57,410 nt of DNA from Candidatus Methanomethylicus mesodigestus (GCA_001717005.1 MAGS01000087.1:15453-72862); one strand, 5' to 3'. Numbered from the stretch's first letter, positions 33,443 to 42,947 are shown. Numbers and translations: made by a program. Notes: a model not told the origin generated them from the sequence alone.

Positions 33443-35104
33443 ATGCCAACGATCACCGTTAACGCAAAGGACCTTGCCGCGCAGGCCGGGATCGACGCCG
33501 AACCCGAGCAGCTCAAGGAACTGCTCTCCTCCATAAAGTGCGAGACCGAGGAGATCAACGGGGACGAGATCTCGGTGGAGGTCACCTCCGACAGGCCGGA
33601 CCTCTTCAGCGCCGAGGGGATAGCGAGGGCGATAAGGTTCTACCGCGGGACGATGCCCCACTACGCGATCAACCGGTTCGAAGGCCCGCCGCTCCGGCTG
33701 AGGGTCGACCCGTCCACCGAGGGCGTCCGCCCAATCATAGTTGCAGCGGCGGTGCGCGGCGTCGTGATCTCCTCAGAGGCGACGCGCCAGCTCATGCAGC
33801 TGCAGGAGAAGCTGCACAACACGTACGGCTCCGGGCGCAAGAAGGCGTCGATCGGCATCTACGACATGGACGCCGTCGCCGGCGAGTTCGTCTATGCCGC
33901 AAGGGCCCCTTCTAAGATCTCGTTCGTTCCGCTCGAGTGCTCCTCTGCCATGGACGGCGCGGAGATCCTGGGCTCGACCCCCAAGGGGAAGGAGTACGCA
34001 CACCTGCTCTCCGACAAGAGCGCCTACCCGCTGCTCACCGACCGGGGCGGCAAGGTGCTCTCCATGCCGCCCATCATCAACAGCGACACGACGAAGGTCA
34101 CGGAGCGGACAAGGAACATCTTCATCGACGTCACCGGTCTTGACGAGAAGGCGGTCGGCATATGCCTCGTCATAATGGTGACCTCCATACTCGAGCGGGG
34201 CGGTCGCCTCCAGCAGGTCGAGGTGGCCTACCGCGACCGGAAGGTCATCACGCCCCGCCTCGACGCACGCACGCAGCAACTCACGACCTCCGCCGTCCGG
34301 ACCTACTCCGGGCTTGACATGCCCGCAGGCGCGGTGGCGTCGCTCCTGGAGCGCATGGGCTATGCCGCCTCGAAGCCAAAGGACGAGGCGCTCGAGGTGA
34401 CGGTCCCGCCATACCGCGTTGACGTGCTGCACGAGGTAGACCTCGTCGAGGACGTCGTCATCGCATACGGGCTCAACAGGATCGAACCGGAGTTCCCGCG
34501 CCTCTTGACCGTGGGCACGCCCCTCCCGGGGACCAGGCTCGCCTCCCGCGTGAGGGACCTGATGATCGGGATGGGGTTCCAGGAGGTCTCCACATACCAC
34601 CTTGCAAGCAGGGAGGTGATGGAGGAGAAGCCGATGCTGCCCAAGAGGAACCTGATCGAGATCATAAAGCCGATCTCCCTCGAGTACACCGTGCTCAGGG
34701 ACACGCTGCTGCCGAAGCTGCTCCAGCTCCTCGGGATGAACACCCATATCGACTACCCGCAGAGGATATTCGAGTACGGTGCCGTGGTGAAGGAACGCGG
34801 CGGCAGGCCGGAGAACATTACCCATCTCGGCGCCGCCATAAGCGACGACAAGCTCAGCTTCGAGGAGATGCAGGCTGTGGTGTCTGCGCTCTTCAGGGGC
34901 CTCTCGAAGGAAGCCCGCTTCTCCGCCCTCTCATCCCCCCCATTCATAGACGGGCGCGCCGCAAAGGTCTACGTGGACGGCGTGGAGGTCGGGGTGGTAG
35001 GCGAGACCTCGCCCCAGGTCCTCGTCAACTTCGGCATGACTTGCCCCGTGCTGCTTCTGGAGATAGACATGTCCCCGCTCCTGAACTTGGAAAGCTTATC
35101 TTAA
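33443..35104 (+). CDS. pheT: Phenylalanine--tRNA ligase beta subunit
   Basis: 553 aa, starting 3 nt after pheS. Archaeal B3/4 and B5 domain pattern: TSDRPDLFSAEGIARA. Confidence 0.95.
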   Translation: MPTITVNAKDLAAQAGIDAEPEQLKELLSSIKCETEEINGDEISVEVTSDRPDLFSAEGIARAIRFYRGTMPHYAINRFEGPPLRLRVDPSTEGVRPIIVAAAVRGVVISSEATRQLMQLQEKLHNTYGSGRKKASIGIYDMDAVAGEFVYAARAPSKISFVPLECSSAMDGAEILGSTPKGKEYAHLLSDKSAYPLLTDRGGKVLSMPPIINSDTTKVTERTRNIFIDVTGLDEKAVGICLVIMVTSILERGGRLQQVEVAYRDRKVITPRLDARTQQLTTSAVRTYSGLDMPAGAVASLLERMGYAASKPKDEALEVTVPPYRVDVLHEVDLVEDVVIAYGLNRIEPEFPRLLTVGTPLPGTRLASRVRDLMIGMGFQEVSTYHLASREVMEEKPMLPKRNLIEIIKPISLEYTVLRDTLLPKLLQLLGMNTHIDYPQRIFEYGAVVKERGGRPENITHLGAAISDDKLSFEEMQAVVSALFRGLSKEARFSALSSPPFIDGRAAKVYVDGVEVGVVGETSPQVLVNFGMTCPVLLLEIDMSPLLNLESLS

Positions 35105-35515
35105 GGTCTGGCGCATGGATTACTGTGCGATGAAGTCGGGAGCGGAGCACTGCGGGGCGACACAGCAGGTCACAGGAGTCAAGCGAGCAAGGGCGAGAGC
35201 TCGGCGATGAACGAGACCTAACCCACACCTGCAACAGCCCCGCTATTCCATTCTGAGGGCATCGGAGCCTCCCGGTGCCGTCGCCGACCTCGAAAGCCAA
35301 AAAGGTCACCTGTTACCCATCTCATATTGCAGGCGGCCGGACATCACCCGTTGTAGAGAGCCCTGCCTAGCGGGATGCAACGTCCCTCTGTGAAGCTGGG
35401 TGTTAGCACCGGGCAACACGGCAGCCTGCATCCGTCCGCAGACCAAAAAGAGTAAAACACAGTTCAGCATAGCGTAAGACCGTAAACTAATCCCGCAGCT
35501 CAGAGGGTTCATCTA

Positions 35516-36595
35516 ATGGACGCATCAAAGAAGGTCGACCTGGTCGCAAGGAATGCGCTTGAGGTTATCACTAAGGGGGACGCAGCGGAGATCTTTCAGA
35601 CAAACGCCTCGCCCCGCGGCTACTTGGGCTTCGAGCCCTCGGGGATGTTCCACCTCGGGTGGATGATCTGGGTGAACAAGTTCAAGGACATGATGGACGC
35701 AGGCATCAAGATGACCCTGCTGGAGGCCACATGGCACGCCTGGATCAACGACAAGTTCGGGGGCGACATGGCGAGGATCCAGTCCTGCGCCGCCTACATC
35801 GAGCACTGCCTAAGGGCGCTGGGCGTCGACCTCGACCGGGTGGACCTGATCAAGGCAGACGCGATGGTCGGCAGCAAGGATTACTGGGAGGGGATCATAA
35901 AGGTCGGCAAGACGCTCTCCCTCTCGAGGGTGAAGCGGGCTGTCACGATCATGGGGAGGAAGGAGGACGAGACGCAGGTCGACTTCTCGAAGCTGATCTA
36001 CCCGTGCATGCAGGTCGAGGACATCTTCTACCTGAAGCTCGACTTCGTCCTCGGGGGGATGGACCAGAGGCGGGCGCACGTCCTGGCGAGGGAGGTCGCG
36101 GAGCACTACGGCCTCCGGAAGCCTGTGGCCGTCCACACGCCGCTCCTCTCCGGTCTGCAGGGCGCGGGCAGGATGGACATGAAGGGCGATGCAGACGCAG
36201 CGATGATCGACGGCAAGATGAGCAAGTCGAGACCGGAGACGTGCATATTCATCCACGACTCGCCGGAGCAGATCAAGGCGAAGCTGAATAACGCCTACTG
36301 CCCCCCGAAGGAGGTCGAGGGGAACCCCATCATCGAGATCGCAAGGCACATACTCATGAGGGACGCCCCGCTGACGGTTGCGAGGCCCGCCAAGTACGGC
36401 GGCGACGTATCATACGCAACCTCCGAGGATCTGATCTGCGCCTACCGGGAGGGGAGGCTGCACCCGATGGACCTCAAGAACGCCGTCACCAACGGCCTCG
36501 TCTCAACCCTGGCGCCCGTCCGTGATTACTTCAAGCGGGTCCCGGAGGCGGCAAAGGCGATGGAGAAGACCGGCTTCGCCGGGGCGTGCCGATAG
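35516..36595 (+). CDS. tyrS: Tyrosine--tRNA ligase (archaeal TyrRS type)
   Basis: Colinear by eye with M. jannaschii TyrRS: GFEPSG.FHLG, IYPCMQVEDI, GGMDQRRAHVLAREV, KMSKS, DSPEQIKAKL..AYCP, EGNPI.EIA, LHPMDLKNAV. The HIGH box reads HLGW. Ends in TAG. Confidence 0.8.
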   Translation: MDASKKVDLVARNALEVITKGDAAEIFQTNASPRGYLGFEPSGMFHLGWMIWVNKFKDMMDAGIKMTLLEATWHAWINDKFGGDMARIQSCAAYIEHCLRALGVDLDRVDLIKADAMVGSKDYWEGIIKVGKTLSLSRVKRAVTIMGRKEDETQVDFSKLIYPCMQVEDIFYLKLDFVLGGMDQRRAHVLAREVAEHYGLRKPVAVHTPLLSGLQGAGRMDMKGDADAAMIDGKMSKSRPETCIFIHDSPEQIKAKLNNAYCPPKEVEGNPIIEIARHILMRDAPLTVARPAKYGGDVSYATSEDLICAYREGRLHPMDLKNAVTNGLVSTLAPVRDYFKRVPEAAKAMEKTGFAGACR

Positions 36596-36596
36596 G

Positions 36597-36640
36597 AAGG
36601 TTTTTAAGTTTTTTTTAGTTCCTAATGTTATAGGAACTAA
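36597..36640 (+). terminator. T8 tract plus 9-bp hairpin after tyrS
   Basis: gtttttttt at 36608-36616 overlaps the hairpin ttagttcct-aatgttat-aggaactaa at 36615-36640. Confidence 0.5.
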
Positions 36641-36772
36641 AACGCATAATATGAATCAGGTGTTATTGATTTAGGAGTCATGATTAATATGTTATCAACT
36701 TATATCAGAGAAAAAATTCTCTGTGCCGCTGGCCATGTGGAGGCCTAACCCGCTTTTTTTCAGGTGGTTCAT

Positions 36773-38179
36773 ATGGGCGGCACGCCAACAACAGCAAAGT
36801 ACACTATCTATGCCGGAATAAACATAGATGGTGTTGTAGACAAGCCTGACGTCATTGGGGCAATCTTCGGACAGACCGAGGGGCTGCTCGGCGAGGAGCT
36901 CGATCTCAGGGAGCTCCAGAAGAGCGGCAGGATAGGGCGCATACAGGTGGACATGGAGTCCAAGTCCGGCAAGTCCTACGGCGTAATCATCCTGCCTTCC
37001 AGCCTCGACAGGGTCGAGACCGCGATAGTCGCGGCCGCAGTGGAGACGATCGACAAGGTCGGCCCATGCTCCGCGCAGGTCGAGATCAAGAAGATCGAGG
37101 ACGTGCGGGAGGAGAAGCGCCGCAAGATAGTCGACAGGGCGAGGGACATACTCGTCCACTGGGAGACCGAAGGGGCATTCGAGATCAAGGAGCTGTCCGA
37201 GGAGATCATGAAGTCCGTACGCGTCCACGAGATAGGCAAGTACGGAGCAGACAACCTGCCATGCGGCCCGGACGTCGACAAGTCGGACACGGTCATAATA
37301 ACCGAGGGCAGGGCGGACGTCGTCAACATGCTGAGGCACGGCTACAAGAACATCGTAGGCATGGACGGCGCGTCGGTCCCTGACTCGATCAAGGACCTGA
37401 GCAAGAAGAAGACGCTCATAGCCTTCGTGGACGGAGACAGGGGCGGCGAGCTCATCCTCAGGGAGCTCCTCCAGGTGGCCGATATCGACTACATCGCGAG
37501 GGCCCCGCACGGCAAGGAGGTCGAGGACCTGACCGGTAAGGAGCTAGCCAAGTGCCTCCGCTCAAAGGTTCCGACCGAGCAGTACCAGCTCATGATCGGC
37601 GAGAAGAGGGGCGAGCCATCACAGGATGACCGCGGCGACAGGCGCGACCGGGACAGAGAACGCGACCGCGGAAGAAAGTATCCGCAGGAGAGGCACGATC
37701 GTGCCAGGGAGCAGCAGATTCCGGAGCCTCAGGCAGATGAGAGGTATGCGGGCGAGGCGCAGCAGCAGGAAGCGGTTGCGCAGCCCCCAGAGCAGCCTCA
37801 GGAGCAGGCACCGCAAGCCGAGGTCCAGGCGCCTGCGCCCAGTGAGGAGAGGGCCCCCGAGCCTGTAGCGATACCCGGAGTCGACATGGCAAAGGTCAAG
37901 GCCATGATAGACCCGCTTCAGGGCAGCCTCGAGGCGATACTCGCCGACGATGCGTGGGAGCAGAAGCAGAAGGTTGCGGTACGCGAACTCGCAGAGGTCC
38001 TCCAGTCGTCTGAGGAGAAGTTCCACGCCGTAATCTTCGACGGCGTGATCACGCAGCGCCTGCTCGACATCTCGAACAACAAGGGTGTGGCGTTCCTTAT
38101 CGGCGCTAGGATCGGCAACATAGCCAAGCGCCCGCAGAACATAACCATACTCACGTTCGAGAACCTGAGCTCCCGTTGA
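36773..38179 (+). CDS. dnaG: Archaeal DnaG-type primase (TOPRIM) with internal low-complexity insert
   Basis: N-terminus KYTIYAGINIDGVVDKPDVIGAIFGQTEGLLG. TOPRIM motifs IITEGRADV and FVDGDRGG. A charged and Q/P-rich insert lies at about 37600-37870. Confidence 0.9.
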   Translation: MGGTPTTAKYTIYAGINIDGVVDKPDVIGAIFGQTEGLLGEELDLRELQKSGRIGRIQVDMESKSGKSYGVIILPSSLDRVETAIVAAAVETIDKVGPCSAQVEIKKIEDVREEKRRKIVDRARDILVHWETEGAFEIKELSEEIMKSVRVHEIGKYGADNLPCGPDVDKSDTVIITEGRADVVNMLRHGYKNIVGMDGASVPDSIKDLSKKKTLIAFVDGDRGGELILRELLQVADIDYIARAPHGKEVEDLTGKELAKCLRSKVPTEQYQLMIGEKRGEPSQDDRGDRRDRDRERDRGRKYPQERHDRAREQQIPEPQADERYAGEAQQQEAVAQPPEQPQEQAPQAEVQAPAPSEERAPEPVAIPGVDMAKVKAMIDPLQGSLEAILADDAWEQKQKVAVRELAEVLQSSEEKFHAVIFDGVITQRLLDISNNKGVAFLIGARIGNIAKRPQNITILTFENLSSR

Positions 38180-38627
38180 GCTCCATCACTATCGCCGACT
38201 CGCCGTCGGCATAGTATTTCTCTATTTTTCCTGCCTCTGAGAACCCCATCCTCTTGTACAGCCCTATCGCAGGGGCGTTCGACTCCCTGGCCTCGAGCAT
38301 GAACCTCTTGGCACCGGCGTCCGCCAGCCTGGCCAGCGCCTCCCCGATGAGCGCCCTGCCGACCCCCTCCCTCCTGCTGCCGGGAGCCACTGCCACCGAT
38401 ACGAGGTGGCCCAGCGTCCGGTGCCTGATTATCCCGATGGTGTATCCTACGATCGTTCCGCAGTCCGTCGCAACCATGTAAGCGCCGGGCATGTAGAGGA
38501 ACGCCTTCAGGAGCCCCCGTGGGTAAGGGTCGGGGAACGAGGCATCCTCTATCTCGACTATCCTGTCGATGTCCGCCAGGTTCGCCTCCCTGACCGCTAT
38601 GCCATGGTCCACCGCTCGCCTCGCCAT
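38151..38627 (-). CDS. rimI: GNAT N-acetyltransferase (RimI / archaeal Ard1-like)
   Basis: Acetyl-CoA motif RREGVGRALI. Start taken at MARRAV (ATG 38627). The 3' end overlaps the dnaG 3' end by 29 nt. Confidence 0.8.
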   Translation of the reverse strand: MARRAVDHGIAVREANLADIDRIVEIEDASFPDPYPRGLLKAFLYMPGAYMVATDCGTIVGYTIGIIRHRTLGHLVSVAVAPGSRREGVGRALIGEALARLADAGAKRFMLEARESNAPAIGLYKRMGFSEAGKIEKYYADGESAIVMELNGSSGSRT

Positions 38628-38689
38628 CTCAATGCACAATGGATATCTTATTGAAGCCGAATATAACATACTTCCTGTTGGTGCACCCG

Positions 38690-39772
38690 ATGCGTATAAT
38701 CGAGACCGATCGCAAGCATGGGACGGTCGAGGTGGAGGTCGAGGACTCGGACGACCTCTGGCACCTATACAACATAATCGACCGCGGCGACTCGGTATGC
38801 GGGTACACGATGCGCGAGGTGAAGGTCTCCCGCGGCGCAGAGGAGGAGCGCGGCGGCAGGCGGCGGGTCTTCCTGTGCATCTCCGTCGAGGACATGGGCT
38901 TCCAGACGTTCACCGAGAAGCTCCGGATCAAGGGGCGCGTCACGGTCGGACCCGACGAGATGAACATACAAGGCTCCTTCCACGCCTTCGCGGTTGGGAT
39001 AAGGGACCGCATCAGGATCACCAAGGGCGAGTGGCTCTCCTTCCACGAGGAGCGCCTCCAGAGGGCCGCATCGATGTCGCGCCCGAAGGTCATCGCGATC
39101 ACGCTCGACGACCAGGACGCCACCCTGTTCCTCATACGGGACTACCAGATGGACGAGATACTCACGATAAGCTCGCACATACCCGGCAAGTACGTCGAGA
39201 CATCCGACCGGCCGGCGCTCAAGTCCAAGTACTTTGGCGCGATAGCGGAGGAGGTCTCTAGGCTCCTCCAGCGGGAACCGGCCGCCATAGTTGCGGCAGG
39301 CCCGGGGTTCACCAAGAACGACCTCGCAAAGGTTCTCAGGGAGAGGCTGAAGGGCGCGAAGGTCCTCGAGGAGAACACCTCGAGCACCGGCGGGCCCGGG
39401 GTCAGGGAGGTCATTGCGCGGGGCGCCCTCTCGAAGCTCATGGAGGACTCGACGATGCTGAGGGACACGAGGCTCGTCGACGAGTTCCTCTCCAGGCTCT
39501 CCAAGTCGCCGAACATGGTCAGCTACGGTGCCGCCGACGTGGAGAGGACCGTCGACCGGGGGGCAGTCGAGTCGCTGCTGGTCTCCGAGAAGCTCCTCAA
39601 GTCGATAACCCCCGATGAGCGCAGGGGCATAGAGGCCCTCTCCAAGAAGGTCGAGCACTACGGCGGCAGGGTCTTCTTCATAGGCGGGGAGCATGAGAAG
39701 GGCAGGCAGCTCGCCAACATGGGCGGGATCGCCGCGATCCTGCGGTTCGCCGTGTCGCAGGGCGGCTCATGA
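38690..39772 (+). CDS. pelA: Pelota (aPelota/Dom34) mRNA surveillance factor
   Basis: MRIIETDRKHGTVEVEVEDSDDLWHLYNII N-terminus with eRF1-like domains. Start taken at the ATG at 38690 (the ORF track starts at 38639). Confidence 0.9.
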   Translation: MRIIETDRKHGTVEVEVEDSDDLWHLYNIIDRGDSVCGYTMREVKVSRGAEEERGGRRRVFLCISVEDMGFQTFTEKLRIKGRVTVGPDEMNIQGSFHAFAVGIRDRIRITKGEWLSFHEERLQRAASMSRPKVIAITLDDQDATLFLIRDYQMDEILTISSHIPGKYVETSDRPALKSKYFGAIAEEVSRLLQREPAAIVAAGPGFTKNDLAKVLRERLKGAKVLEENTSSTGGPGVREVIARGALSKLMEDSTMLRDTRLVDEFLSRLSKSPNMVSYGAADVERTVDRGAVESLLVSEKLLKSITPDERRGIEALSKKVEHYGGRVFFIGGEHEKGRQLANMGGIAAILRFAVSQGGS

Positions 39773-39790
39773 GGCGCCGGACAGGCTCCG

Positions 39791-40825
39791 TCAGCAGGGG
39801 AACTCTGCGAACTTGTCCCTCGCCGCGGTCGGGTATGCCTGGACGTACGACACCGTCGCATCAGGGAACGCGATCCGGACCGCATCGACAAGGCGCCTGG
39901 GGACCTCCACGCCCCTCCCGTCGTCCGCCACCCCGACCTGGGACGCGTCGGCGCCCACTGCCTTGGCAAGGATGCACTTTGCCGGCCTGCCGGTAGCTCC
40001 CGGGAGCCCGACGACGAACTTCCCCACGGTGCCGTCTTCGAGCCGCTCCTCCCATGGCCTCGCCGCGTTGGCCGCCCTCCTGGCGAGCCTCCCCCTCGTC
40101 TGCACCGCATCCTTGACGGAGCTTGGGCAGTAATGCACCGGGAATCCGATCCCCTCCGCCTCAGCCCATCTGACCACCTCCATCGCCGCCTCCTCGCTCC
40201 CCTCCGCGGCGGCCATCGACCCGCCCATTACCCTGAACCCCCTCTGCCGCAGCTGGAAAGCGTTCTGGGGGCAGAACTCGAGCTGGTTGATGTTTATGAA
40301 GTCTGCCTTCACCGAGGCAAGGTACCTTATGAACCCCTCCACCTCGACCGCACCGCCCGGAATGGCCGGCACCTCCGCCCCCGCGTACATCCCGAGCGCC
40401 TTCGCCTCCGCCAACCTCCCCCAGTCCCGCCTCGCCGGGTGGAACCTTATCTCGTCGAGACCGGCGGCCTTCAGCTTGGAAAGCGCTTGCCTGCTCGCCC
40501 GCCTGCCGTTGGTGTACAGGTGTATGTGGTGGTCTGGCCCGAAGAACCCCTTGAGGAGCTTTATGAACTTCAGCGTCCTTGGCAGCCTTATTAGCGGGTC
40601 GCCCCCGGTTATGCCGGTCCCCTCCGCGTCTATCGCCCTGCCCTCGAGTATTATGTCAAGGTCGGTCTCGACCGGCACCTCGTTGGCATAGACCACGTTG
40701 AGGCCCTTCCTCCTCTCGCTGAGGGGGCAGTAGTAGCACGCGCTCTCGCACTCGCCGGTGACGAAGAGGACCAGCTTCGCGCCTCTGAGGCATGACTCGC
40801 ATCCCCTCGGCATCCCGCCTGCCAT
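39791..40825 (-). CDS. Radical SAM protein (activase-like, unknown substrate)
   Basis: CX3CX2C motif in TGECESACYYCP, then GGDPL and a TIM-barrel pattern. Start taken at MAGGMPRG, because the longer ORF overlaps the upstream gene. Confidence 0.75.
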   Translation of the reverse strand: MAGGMPRGCESCLRGAKLVLFVTGECESACYYCPLSERRKGLNVVYANEVPVETDLDIILEGRAIDAEGTGITGGDPLIRLPRTLKFIKLLKGFFGPDHHIHLYTNGRRASRQALSKLKAAGLDEIRFHPARRDWGRLAEAKALGMYAGAEVPAIPGGAVEVEGFIRYLASVKADFININQLEFCPQNAFQLRQRGFRVMGGSMAAAEGSEEAAMEVVRWAEAEGIGFPVHYCPSSVKDAVQTRGRLARRAANAARPWEERLEDGTVGKFVVGLPGATGRPAKCILAKAVGADASQVGVADDGRGVEVPRRLVDAVRIAFPDATVSYVQAYPTAARDKFAEFPC

Positions 40826-40866
40826 GGGGAAGAATATCCCGCGGTCTGCTAATAAACCCCGCCGCC

Positions 40867-41202
40867 TCAGAGGAGGACCTCGGATACGAAGGCCATAGCC
40901 ACCGCGCCAAGCACTAGGCGCTTGCCCGAGTACTTGGAGACGCCGGAGGACCACATAAGGAAGCCGGCCAAGCCGACGATGAAATAGACTGCCTTGATCA
41001 CGCCCCTCACGAGCCCCGTCATCGCCTCGGAGATCCACAAGACGTTGGACTGGATGAGCGACACCCACCCCTCTATAGTGGACCGAAACTTGTCTTCAAT
41101 ATCTCCGCCGCCGTCCGGGTCTGCGCCCACCGGAGCCACAAGCCACGAGAAGACGCACAGCGAGGTTACGAGCAGCCCAATCAACACGATAGCCTTTGCC
41201 AA
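40867..41202 (-). CDS. Small membrane protein (signal/TM plus two TM helices), unknown function
   Basis: 111 aa. Hydrophobic segments are AIVLIGLLVTSLCVFSWLVA, AVYFIVGLAGFLMW and LVLGAVAMAFVSEVL. Confidence 0.5.
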   Translation of the reverse strand: MAKAIVLIGLLVTSLCVFSWLVAPVGADPDGGGDIEDKFRSTIEGWVSLIQSNVLWISEAMTGLVRGVIKAVYFIVGLAGFLMWSSGVSKYSGKRLVLGAVAMAFVSEVLL

Positions 41203-41407
41203 AACCGACTTCGCCCCGTGCCTAGACTCGATATTTAAGCCCCACCTGCAATCGTTTAGAAACCGGGTCTACCGCCGCACCCATTCGCACTCAGGCTTTC
41301 ACTTGCACTTTTTGCCAGCACGTCGCTCCTCTGTCGATTATTATTTCATAAGAAACGATTGTCTAATATAATAATATTAATGTTGGTAAAAGTATTACCA
41401 ATCGATA

Positions 41408-41794
41408 TTGGGGCAAAAAGAAATGGCTTGTTTCATAGTCCCGATGGTTGTGGCGATCATAACAACGGGCGTACAGGTTATGTCGCCAAGTCTATCCAAA
41501 AAGCTGAAGCTCAGCTGGCTGAACTCGATGCTCTGGGGCGGCGTATTTTTGTTAGCCGCAGAACACGTCTGGCATGGCGAAATCACTCCCTTCTTTCCGT
41601 ACCTGACTGCCATGGCTAATCCTGCCGACACTGCCGTAATGTTCGCCGAGATGGCTTCCATAGGCACGTCGATGGCCGCAGCGATATCTCTCACTTGGAT
41701 TTCAGCGCTCTCGATTAGCAGGTATATGACAAACAAAATCTCGGTTACCGACCGCGTGAGCACGCTTCCTAAGCCGGTTGCGGCGAAGAGCTGA
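41408..41794 (+). CDS. Small membrane protein, paralog of 41835-42134
   Basis: Shares the block L-x-x-MLWG-x7-(E/D)H with the next ORF. Lower-GC region. The start may be the ATG at 41423. Confidence 0.45.
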   Translation: MGQKEMACFIVPMVVAIITTGVQVMSPSLSKKLKLSWLNSMLWGGVFLLAAEHVWHGEITPFFPYLTAMANPADTAVMFAEMASIGTSMAAAISLTWISALSISRYMTNKISVTDRVSTLPKPVAAKS

Positions 41795-41834
41795 GCGCAC
41801 CGTCAGAAGCCGGTCAAGACAGAGGTAGACCATC

Positions 41835-42134
41835 ATGTGGCTGATAATCCTTGCCTTAGCCGCCGCAGTCGCCACTGCGCTGTGGTATGTTCACGCTGAG
41901 AACGATAAGTACATGCTGAAGCTGCTCAGCTTCATGCTCTGGGGCACGACGATAATGGTGCTTGTCGATCATACCATCCCGTTCATAACCGAAGGCGGCG
42001 GGGAATTCTTCGAAATAACGCCCGAAGCAACGGCCCTCAGCTTCGTCATGCTGGCCGTGGCGCTTGGCGTGTGGGAGTGCGCCCTGCTGCTCAAAGATCC
42101 CAAAGGCGTAATCCGCAAGAAGATATCTCCGTAG
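41835..42134 (+). CDS. Small membrane protein, paralog of 41408-41794
   Basis: 99 aa with three hydrophobic helices. Contains LSFMLWGTTIMVLVDH. Confidence 0.45.
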   Translation: MWLIILALAAAVATALWYVHAENDKYMLKLLSFMLWGTTIMVLVDHTIPFITEGGGEFFEITPEATALSFVMLAVALGVWECALLLKDPKGVIRKKISP

Positions 42135-42227
42135 ACGCGGCCGGGATCGCTTCAACTCTTTTTTTTACTTCTTTTAATGGCCACCGCGGGCGCAAGATCG
42201 CAGACGGGCCGCACCCAGCGCTCCGTC

Positions 42228-42947
42228 TCATCGCCCAGCGCCCCTGCGCTGCAGGAGCCTCCGGAGGCTCGGGTCCTCCCCCGCCCTCGCCGCAAGCTTG
42301 CCCTCAAAGGTTTCGTCGTCGAGGACCTCCTCCTTGAAGTAGACTCCCGTCCTGCCGACCGCATCCCTCCTCGTCAGGACCCTGATCCTCTCCTCCACCG
42401 TCTCGAGGCTGACCCCGACCGCCCTCGCCACCTCTGTGGCGTTGCCGACTGCCGAGACCTCGTAGTGCCCCGCCTCGGTCGGGACTATCATCATGAGCCT
42501 CTTGTCGACGCCGGGAACCCGCATCCTGCACCTCATCGCCGAGATGCCCGCCTCCCCGCCGAACCTGTAAAAGTCCCTCTCCCTCCCCCTGAGCGGCACG
42601 AGAGGGAACGTCAGCTTGACCTTCTCGTCAACATGGATTATCGCCTTGACCGCGTGGGCGGGCGTCGCCTGGGCGATCTCCCTCTTTGCGAAGCGTATCC
42701 CTGCCGCCGCCAGCGCCCCCTCGACCATCATCGACGGCGTGGCCTCCGGGACCAGCACATCCACGTCGCTCGCCGGACCGACGTCCCCCCGGGCTGCGCT
42801 GCCGTGGACTATCGGATCCATGCCCCTCAACACCAGCGCCTCCATCACGCGCACGCCTGCCGCGCGCAGCTCCCAGAGTAGCTGCCACCTGCTCGGCGGG
42901 TACCTGACCTCCCTCATCTCGTATGCCGGGGCGACCTTCTTGGCCAT
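42228..42947 (-). CDS. Pol-beta-type nucleotidyltransferase domain protein with C-terminal HTH-like region
   Basis: HGSAARGDVGPASDVDVLV (GS-x9-DxD). Start taken at MAKKV, where the ATG shares 1 nt with the cutA stop (TGATG). Confidence 0.7.
   Translation of the reverse strand: MAKKVAPAYEMREVRYPPSRWQLLWELRAAGVRVMEALVLRGMDPIVHGSAARGDVGPASDVDVLVPEATPSMMVEGALAAAGIRFAKREIAQATPAHAVKAIIHVDEKVKLTFPLVPLRGRERDFYRFGGEAGISAMRCRMRVPGVDKRLMMIVPTEAGHYEVSAVGNATEVARAVGVSLETVEERIRVLTRRDAVGRTGVYFKEEVLDDETFEGKLAARAGEDPSLRRLLQRRGAGR

Noticed and set aside
32222-34825. Very long antisense ORFs opposite real genes (32222-33661 and 33773-34825 opposite pheS/pheT; also 8106-8918, 38765-39694, 43637-44755, 47593-48216, 52385-53278).
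   Set aside because: Their translations are Arg/Gly/Pro/Leu-rich with no recognisable motifs. Each fully overlaps a gene with strong family signatures on the other strand. This is the typical stop-codon-poor antisense frame of GC-rich DNA.
35105-35444. RNase P RNA as the identity of the long GC-rich spacer (the right size, terminal P1-like pairing, and GUGAAGCUGGGUG / UUAGCACC stretches reminiscent of CR-II/CR-III).
   Set aside because: The near-universal P4 strand GAGGAAAGUCC and the 3' ACAGAAxCCGGCUUA strand are absent on both strands. The CR-II/III-like stretch also lies too close to the 3' end for the consensus architecture. The region is kept only as an unassigned candidate structured RNA.
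40826-41068. N-terminal extensions of longest ORFs: the radical SAM gene to 41068, the nucleotidyltransferase to 43187, hisS to 56552, tag to 48297, mtnA to 53308, pelota from 38639.
   Set aside because: The extensions overlap upstream genes or tRNA flanks and are compositionally odd. Internal ATGs give N-termini that match the respective families.
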